A DNA stretch of 64,000 bases, taken from an uncultured Verrucomicrobiae bacterium (GTDB lineage: Bacteria; Verrucomicrobiota; Verrucomicrobiia; Limisphaerales; JAFGQR01). Shown piece by piece: positions 55,401 to 64,000 of the stretch. The translations under genes were made by a program, and so were the position numbers. The notes beneath the pieces are model-generated. The model searched no databases, had not been told where the DNA came from, and saw only the letters and a list, made by a program, of their open reading frames with translations. The stretch is taken from NCBI GenBank assembly GCA_963788655.1, contig CAWBHS010000057.1, positions 160,001 through 224,000 on the forward strand, in the 5' to 3' direction. Numbering within the stretch: the first letter of the stretch is position 1; every line of letters begins with the position of its first letter.

Positions 55401-58400
55401 GGATTGGCCGCCACGGTGAAGGTCACGATGCCGTCCCCCGAACCGCTGGCCCCGGCGGACACCGCCAGCCAGGAGTTCGTGCTGACCGCCGTCCACGCAC
55501 AACCCGGGATGGTGGTGACACTCACCTGGCCGGTAGCACCTTCATACCCGCTCGTGCCATTGGCCGGCTCCAGCGTGAAGGCGCAGGCGGCGCCCAATTG
55601 GTCGATGGTGAAGGTCTGGCCGGCAAGGGTCATCATGCCCGTGCGCGCGATGGCGGTGGGGTTGGCCTCGACGACGTATTCCACCGTCCCGCTGCCAATG
55701 CCGTTGGTGCCCGCGATAATTTCGATCCAGTCGTTGGTATTGTCCGTGGTCCAGGTGCATCCGGTAATGGTCGTCACGGTCACCTGTCCCGTTTCAACGA
55801 GATCGCTGTGGACCCGGTTGGCCGGGGTGAGCGCAAACGTACACGGCGCGCCGGTCTGACTAATGTCGAAGGTTTGCCCGGCAATCACCACCGTGCCCGA
55901 GCGGCCATTGGCGTTCAAATTCTCGCCCACCGAATAATTCACGTTGCCGCTGCCGGTACCGTTGGCGCCGGAACTGATCGTGATCCAGGAATTAGTATTG
56001 ACCACGGTCCAGTCGCACCCGTTGAGCGTCGTTACCGTCACCAATCCATTGGCGGCCTGGTAACCGTGTGAGGCGCTGGTCGCTGAAAGCGTGAAGTCAC
56101 ATGGGGCGCCGGATTGGCTGACGGCAAAGGCCTGGCCAGCAATCAGGAGGTTACCGGTGCGCGCGCTGCCGTTGGGATTGGCCGCGACCCGGTAGCTGAC
56201 GCTGCCATTATTCGTGCCGTTGAGGCTTGAGAGAATGGTGATCCAACTGTTGGAATTACTCACCGTCCAACTGCACCCGGTGATGGTCGTCACGTTGATC
56301 GAACCGGTTTCTTCAATATAACCATGGTTTCGGCTGTCTGGGGTCAGCATGAACGTGCAGGGAGCACCCGCCTGATTCACCGTGTATTGTTGGCCGGCAA
56401 TGGTGAGTACCGCCGAGCGGGCGATGGCCGTCGGATTGGGCGCCACGGCGTACTGCACGTCGCCGCTGCTGACCCCGTTCGCGTTGGCGGTGATCGTAAT
56501 CCAGGCGTTGGTATTCTCCACGAACCAGGTGCAATCATTGACCGCCGTCACGTGGACCGAACCGTTTTCCAGGCCGGAACCATGGGCTTGCTCGGTCGGT
56601 GAAATGGCATAGGTGCAAGGCGCACCCCACTGGATCAGCGGAACCGTCTTGTCCGCGATCAGCAGCACCCCGGCGCGCAAATTCGAGCTCGGATTGGCGG
56701 TCACCGAGTAGTTCACCGTCGCGTTGCCAAGGTAGTTGGTTCCCGTGGAAATCGTGATCCAGGCATTCGTACTCACGGCGGTCCAATCGCAACCACTGCT
56801 GGTCGTCACCGTAATCGTCCCGGATTCGGCGCCATACCCATGAATCAAACTGGTGGGGTTCACGGTATAGACGCACACAATGCCGGTTTGGCTGATCGTG
56901 AAGGGTTGCCCGGCAATCACCAGCACGCCGGTACGCACCCGCGGGCCTTCATTGGCGGTCACGCTGTATGCAACGGTGCCATTACCCGTGCCGCTGGCAC
57001 CCGCGGTGATCGTGATCCAACTGTTGGTGTTCACCGTCGTCCAATCGCAATTGCCAACGGGCGTCACGCTGATCTGGCCGCTGTCCGCCGGGGCGGTGTG
57101 CGCCCGCTCAGTGGGTGCCAAGGTGGCGGTACAAGGAGTTGCCAACTGCGTCACGGCGTACGGCAGACCGGCAATGACGAACACGCCGGAGCGGTCAGTG
57201 AAGTTCGGATTGGCGTCCACGCTGTAGTTCACGTTGCCGGAACCAGTGCCGCTCGCGCCGGAGCTGATCGTAATCCAACTGTTGGTATTGATGACGGTCC
57301 AATCACACCCCTCGATGGTTGTTACCAAAACCTCGCCGGCCTCCGCTCCATGACTGTGAACCCGCTGTTCCGGCGCAATCGCAAAGGTGCAGGGCGCGCC
57401 GTCTTGATTCACCGTGAACTGCTGGTCGGCGACGGTTAGCACGCCCGAGCGCGCGATGGCCGTAGGATTGGCGTCCACCGAATAGCTTACGTTACCGTTG
57501 CCCGTGCCACTGCCGCCGGCGGTGATCGTGATCCAACTGTTCGGATTACTGACCGTCCAATCGCAGCCATTGAGCGTGGTCACGCTAAACTGGCCGGCGC
57601 CGCCTTCGTAACCGTGAGGGCGATTGGCTGGCGCCAGCGCGAAGGTGCAGGGCGCGGCCGCTTGTTCTACGGTGAAGGTCTGATCGGCAATGGTCACCAT
57701 CCCGGTGCGCGGCAGGCCATTGGGATTGGCGGCGACCGAATAGTTCACGGTGCCACTGCCATTGCCGCTGGCGCCGGCGGTGATGGTGATCCAACTGTTC
57801 GGGTTGCTGACCGTCCAATCGCACCCGTCCAGTGTAGTCACGCCGATCACCCCTGTCTCGAGGCCGGCACCATGAGTTTGGCCGGTTGCGGAGAGGGCAT
57901 AAGTGCAAGGAGCGCCCACTTGGGTGACCGTGAACGCTTGCTCGCCAATCACCAGGACGCCCGTCCGATCAATCGCCGTCGGATTAGCGGCGACGGTGTA
58001 TTCCACGCTGCCACTATCCGTGCCGTTGGCGGCCGAAGTGATAGTGATCCAAGTATTGGTATTGACCACGCTCCAGTCGCAGCCGGGAATCGTGGTAAGG
58101 GCCACGGTGCCGGTTTCTTCGCCGGAACCATGAACCTGGCTGGTGGGCGAAAGCACGTAGGCGCAAGCCGCGCCGGATTGGGTGACCGTGAACGTTTCTC
58201 CGGCAACCGTCAGCACGCCGGTTCGTTCCAACGCGGTCGGATTGGCGGCCACCGCATAGTTCACGCGTTCGCCACCGGAACCGTTGGGATCGGACAACAG
58301 GGTGATCCAATCGTTGGAATTGTCCACGGTCCAGTTGCAACCACTGCCGCTGCGTTCCCAGAAATCCGGATAGTTCCAACCCATGACAGGCGGGGAGAAC

Positions 58401-61400
58401 AAATCGATACCCACAGCGTCGCTGGCTTCCATGCCGCGAAATTGAATGGTCCAGGTGAGTGAATCCGGCACCGAGGCCACCAGCGGTACGGCGGCATCCA
58501 CTTGAAAGTCTTCAAAGATCAACGTGGCCCGCGTCGTGGCTGACACGCCGAACCAACCGCTGTCATACAACACGGTCTGCGGCGTCGGATAGCCCGAGGC
58601 CGAATCCGAACCATCATTGGCGTAAAAGCGCACCCGGGCTTCGACGGTTCCGACGAAGTTCGCCTGGTTGCGATTCTCGCCCCAATACTCCAATTCAAAC
58701 TTGGTGATCTCGCGGGCTTGTCCATCCAGGATCACCTCGTCGCCCACTTCCAGCGTGCCCGGATTGAAGCGCACCAGAAGATCGTTCACCGAATTGTCAT
58801 ACACCAGGCCATCAAATACGACGTTGGTTTCGGTGCCGTTCACCGTGCGTTGCGCGGCTTCCATGCGCGCGGCAAAGTCCACCGGTCCCAGTGAATTGGT
58901 CTTTAGCGCCCAACCGCCGTCGGGCACCACATCCACCGAACCATTTTCGGCGCCGGCGCCGTGAATCATTGCATCGGCGGACAAGGTGTAGTTACACACC
59001 AACCCAGCCTGATGAACGGTGAAGAGTTGACCGCCAATGACCAGTATTCCAGTGCGGGCGCTGCCGCTCAAGTTGGCTGCCACGTCGTAACTTACGGTGC
59101 CGCTATCAGTGCCAGCGGCGCCATCGGTAATCGTAATCCAATAGTTGGTATTGTTCACCGTCCAATCACACCCGCTGGCGGTGCTCACGCTGATCGTACC
59201 GCTGTCCGTCGCCACGCCGTAATCCGCGCTGGTCGGCGTCAGCGTGAAGTCGCAAGGAACGCCCGCCTGCGTCACCGTGAAGTTTTGATCCGCAATGACC
59301 AACACGCCGGTCCGCGGTTGGGCACTGGGATTGGCTGCCGCGGTGTAACTCACGCTGCCGCTGCCGGTGCCGCCGGCGCCGGCGTCAATCGTAATCCAGT
59401 CGTTGGTGTTGACCACGGTCCACTCGCACTCAGCGAGGGTCGTGACCGCAATGGTGTCGCTGGCTGCGTCGGCGCTCAGGCTGGCGCTGGCAGGATCCAG
59501 CGTATAATTGCAGGTCGCCCCAGCTTGGCTCACTGTGAAAAATGTATCCGCAATACCCAGCACACCCGTCCGCGCGGCGGTCGTGGGATTGGCGGTCACG
59601 GTGTAGGTCACCATTCCACTGTTCGTCCCCTCCAAATCCGAGGTGATCGCAATCCAGTCGTTGGTGTTGACCACGGTCCAACTGCACCCGGAAAGGGTGG
59701 TGAGCATGACCATGCCGGCTTCCGCGTCGGCACTGTGATCAGCGTAGGTTGGCAGGAGCGAATAGGTGCAGGGTGCGGCTCGCTGCGTGAGCGTCATGGT
59801 TTGGCCGTCGGCTTCCACCACGCCCGATCGCTCATAGCCGTTCGGATTGGCGGCCACCGTGTAGGTAATCGACGCGCTGCCCGAACCGGTCATGCCGGAA
59901 GTAATCGTGATCCAATCGTTGGTGTTGACCACGGTCCAATCGCAACCGGCGGTGGCGGTCATGGTCAGCGTCCCGCCCGCGGCGCCATAGCCATGCGTGC
60001 GCGTCGAAGGAGACAGTTTATATGTGCAGGGCGTTCCCAATTGGCTGAGCGTGAACGGTTGGTCACCAATTACCACCACTCCTAACCGGGCTTCCAGGTT
60101 GGGATTGGCCGCCACGCTGTAGGAAATATCGGCATTGCCCAGGCCACTGGTCGCCGACTGGATCGAGATCCACGCATTGGTATTGACCACCGTCCACGCG
60201 CATTCACTGCTGGTGGCCACGCTCACCAAATCGGTGGTGGCGCCGTAACCATGGGTCCGGTCAATCGGCGAGAGCGTATAGACGCAACCCACGCCCGCTT
60301 GGGTCACCGTGAACGTTTCATCAGCGACATTAAACACACCGGTTCGCGCGCCGAAGTCCGGATTGGCCGTCAGCGTATAATCCACGGTGCCGTTGCCCGT
60401 GCCGGTCAAGGCCGAGGTGATCGTGATCCAGTCATTGGTGTTGATCACGGCCCAACTGCACTCGCTGGTTGTGGTAACGGCAACCGATCCGTTTTCCACC
60501 CCGGCGCCATGGCTTTGCTCGGTCGGTGCCAACGCATACGTGCAGGCGATGCCAGTCTGGCTGACGGGGTACAGTTGGTCGCCAATAAGCAGCGTCCCCG
60601 CCCGGGCGCTGACGTTCGAATTGGCTTCGACCGTGTAGCTCACGCTGCCGTTGCCGTTGCCGCTCAATTCGGAAGTGATCGTGATCCAGCTATTGGTATT
60701 CACCACGGTCCAGGCGCAGTCGCTGCTCGTCGTTACCGCGATGGTGCCGTTTTCCGAACCAGTCCCGTGATTACCCGCCGCCGGATCAATCGCATAAGCG
60801 CAGGGTGCGCCCGTTTGGGCGACCACGAACACCGTCAAGGGATCGCCTTCAATGGTCAGGTTGCCGGTGCGCGCGGTGCGGTCCAGGTTGGCCGCCACGT
60901 CAAAGTTCACCGTTCCTTCGCCGGTGCCGCTGGCGCCGGAGGTGATGGTGATCCAATCGTTGGTATTGATGATCCCCCACGTGCAAGTGGCGGTGGTCAG
61001 CACCGTCATCTGGGCGGTGGTGGCCTCCGCTCCGAGCACCAGGTTGGTCGGCGAGGTTTCATAGACGCAAAACGCACCGCGCTGGGTCAGGGTGAAGGGC
61101 TGGTCGCCGACCACCACGACGCCCGCTCGATCCAGGGCGCCCGTATTTTCGCTCAGGCTGTAATTCACGCTGCCGTCGCCCGTGCCGGTCGTCGCGGAAG
61201 TGATCGTAATCCAATCATTCGTCGTGACGACAGTCCAGGGACAGCCCAGGACCGCAGTAACGCTGATTTGCCCTTCGGTGGCCGCAAAACCATGAACGCG
61301 GTCAGTCGGCGAAATAGAGTAACTGCACGGCCGGGCGCGCTGCGTCAGCGTGAGCGTTTCGCCTTCGATGACCACTGTGCCGATTCGCTCGCTCGAACTC

Positions 61401-64000
61401 GGGTTGCTAGCCACGTCGTAGTTGATCGTGCTGGTGCCGGTGCCGTTCGGACTCGAGGTGATGGTTATCCAATCGTTGGTGTTGATAATGGTCCAACTGC
61501 ATGCGCTGTCCGCCGTCAGGCTAAACGTATCGCTGGTTGCGCCGTATCCGTGCGTGCGGGTCGAGGGCGAAACCTTGTAAGTGCAAACCTGCCCCAGTTG
61601 GCTCAAGGTAAAGGGTTGTCCGCCAATCAGCACCACGCCGGTCCGGAGCGAATACGCGGGATTGGCATCCACCGAATACCCGATATCCGCGTTGCCCGTA
61701 CCGCTGAGCGGCGAGTTGATCGCGATCCAATCGTTGGTATTGACGATGGTCCAGGCGCACTCACTCGTCGTCGCCACGCTGACCAATCCCGTCGAGGCGC
61801 CATATCCGTGCGTGCGGTCGATCGGGGACAAATCGTAAGCGCAAGTCGCGCCAGCTTGATTGATCGTGAACAGCTCGCCGGAGATGGTTACGAAACCAGT
61901 GCGCGGGCTCAAACTCGGGTTGGCCCCCACCGAGTAGTTCACGGTGCCGTTGCCGGTGCCGCTGGCGCCCGCGTCGATGGTGATCCACGCGTTGGTGTTT
62001 TCCACCGACCACGAACACTCGGCGTCAGTCGTTACCCCCACCTGACCGGCTTCAGCTCCTTCCCCATGATCCGCGCTGACCGGCGCCAGCGCGTAAGCGC
62101 AAGGGATGCCCGCTTGCATCACCGGGAATACTTCGTCGCCAATCGTGAGATTACCCGTCCGCGACAGGTGACTAGGGTTGGCGTCCACAGTGTAAGCAAC
62201 CGTTCCGTTATCGGTGTTGTCCAGGCTCGAGGTAATGGTGATCCAAGTGTTCGTGTTCACCACCGTCCAACTGCAACCGCTCGGCGTCGTCACGTCCACG
62301 GAACCGTTGTCAGCGTCCGCGCCATGACTGCCGGCCGCGGGCGTCAAGGTGTAGGCGCAGGGCGTAGCGTGTTGGGTCAGGGTCAGGGCGGCGTCGCCGA
62401 TAACGAGCACGCCGACTCTCTCCACCGCGTCGGGATTAGCGGCGACGTCGTAGGTGATCTCGGCGTTGCCGGTGCCGCTGGCGGCGGAGGTGATGGTAAT
62501 CCAGTCGTTGGTGTTGACGATGGTCCAGTCGCACTCGGTGCCGGCCGTCAAACTGATGGAATCGCTCGTCGCGCCGTAACCGTGCGTGCGATCCGGCGGC
62601 GAAAGCGTGTAGGTGCAGGGCGCGGCGGCTTGATTGATAGTAAAGGACTGGCCGGCAATGGATAAGACCGTCGAGCGAGGCGTCATATCGGGATTGGTCG
62701 CCACGGTGTAATTCACACTGCCGTTCCCGGTTCCGCTGGCGCCGGAGTCAATCGTAACCCAGGCGCTGGGATTGACCACACTCCAGGCGCAGCCGGCGCC
62801 GGCAGTGACAGTCACCGCGCCCGTTTCCGTTCCAGCGCCATGGTCCGCGCTGGCCGGGGCGATCGCATAGGTGCAGTCGAGTCCCGCCTGATTCACTTGG
62901 AACGCCTGGCCGGCGACGGTAAGGAAGCCGCTGCGCGCCGTGTATTCGGGATTGGCCTCCACCGTGTAGTTCAACGCACCACTGCTCGTGTTGTCCAAGG
63001 CCGAAGTGATCGTAATCCAGGTGTTGGTGTTCACCACGCTCCAAGCACAACCCGTGAGCGTCGTCACGGTTGTGGTTCCCGAATCCGCGGTCGCCGGGTG
63101 ATTGGCCACCGTGGGCGCGAACACATAGGTGCAAGTGGGGGCGCGTTGCGTGAGCGCCAGGGCCTGGCCGCCAATCAGCACCACGCCACTCCGCTCGATG
63201 CCATTGGGATTGGCGGCGACATCGTACGTCACCGTTGTGCCGCCGGTGCCGTTCAGAGCCGAGGTAATCGTGATCCACCCGTTGGTGTTCACCACACTCC
63301 AGGCGCAGCCGGCGCTGGTGGTCAATCCCACGGTTCCGGAGGTCGCGGAGTAGCCATGCGTCCGGCTGGTGGTGGAGAGCTTGAACGTGCAAGGCGCCCC
63401 CAGTTGGCTCAAGCTGAAGGGCTGACCGCCAATCACCACCGTGCCGGCCCGGCCTTCCAGACTTGCGTTGGCGGTGACGCTGTACCGAGACGTCGGCGCT
63501 GCCGGTACCGCTCAGCGGCGAATTGATCGTGATCCAATCGTTGGTTTTGACCACCGTCCAATTGCATCCGCTGCTGGTCGCCACACTCACCAAATCGGTG
63601 GTGGCCCCGTAGCCGTGGGTGCGGTCGAGTGGGGATAACGTGTACGCGCAGGCAAGGCCGGCCTGCGTCACGGTGAACGTTTCGCCGCCGATGGTCAGCG
63701 TTCCGCTCCGGCTGTTGAGATCCGAATTCGCGGCCACTTCATAACTCACGCTGCCACTACCGGTGCCGCTGGCAGCAGACGTCAGCGTGATCCACGCGGC
63801 GGAACTCTCCGCCGTCCAGTCGCACCCGCCGGCGGTCGTGACGGTCACAGTTCCTGGTCCTCCCGCCGCGTCGGGGTTGGCACTGATCGGCGTGAGCGCA
63901 TACGTACACGTAGCCGCAGCTTGCGTCACGGTGAAGAGTTCTCCGGCAATCACCAGGTTGCCACTCCGGGGATTCAGTTCGGGATTGGCCGCGACGTCGT
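49493..64000 (-). CDS. Giant surface protein/adhesin: >=39 BACON-like repeats, 3 Ig, 8-blade SBBP propeller, 4 Ig, beta-sandwich, C-terminal RFYRV domain; 5' end beyond the window; frameshift near 63486
   Basis: The 4648-aa ORF continues upstream in the frame of the 62748..63953 ORF. Repeats read C-x-Y/F..H..G.V.V....GCxW....WITI..G.G...Y.V.AN....R.G...I....F.V.Q; Ig domains P.IT.QP..YQW..G.Y.V; blades D..GNVYVTG. Confidence 0.93.

Noticed and set aside
58349..58921. Insert in the giant protein as an intein
   Set aside because: No N-terminal Cys/Ser nucleophile block, no terminal His-Asn and no homing endonuclease motifs.
50129..62665. Long plus-strand ORFs (50129..51991, 58961..60085, 60251..62665)
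   Set aside because: Antisense shadows of the GC-rich repetitive giant gene with no recognisable motifs.
49493..64000. Diversity-generating retroelement or shufflon acting on the giant gene
   Set aside because: No reverse transcriptase or recombinase, and no near-identical template/variable repeat pair was seen.

Overview
GC-rich bacterial chromosomal window, most consistent with Verrucomicrobiota subdivision 3 (Pedosphaera/Limisphaera-like). This is an inference from protein style, the RFYRV-type C-terminal domain and the intergenic repeat families. It is mostly housekeeping: uvrD, rmuC, ridA, rph, prmA, rpsR, rpmG, dksA, folE2, ligA and sucA-sucB-lpdA, plus two-component genes, an ABC exporter locus and a peptide-scavenging cluster (DUF885, POT transporter, DPP IV). 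At least 15 apparent short indels break ORFs, including essential ligA, so these look like long-read assembly errors rather than pseudogenes. The most notable items are: (1) a >4800-aa surface protein, truncated at the window edge, with at least 39 two-Cys BACON-like repeats, 7 Ig domains and an 8-blade propeller, carrying a ~190-aa foreign and apparently circularly permuted domain inside one repeat; (2) an ABC-ATPase + DUF4276 (TOPRIM-like) two-gene cassette resembling anti-phage modules; (3) a secreted protein with a caspase-like His/Cys dyad; (4) a CPBP protease that has lost its catalytic histidines and gained a ~120-aa insert; (5) a co-oriented run of zinc-free ribosomal/DksA/FolE2 genes ending in a ZIP transporter; (6) many REP-like palindromes and heptamer arrays; (7) repeated leaderless-promoter signatures. 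No tRNA, rRNA, CRISPR array, transposase or integrase was seen.
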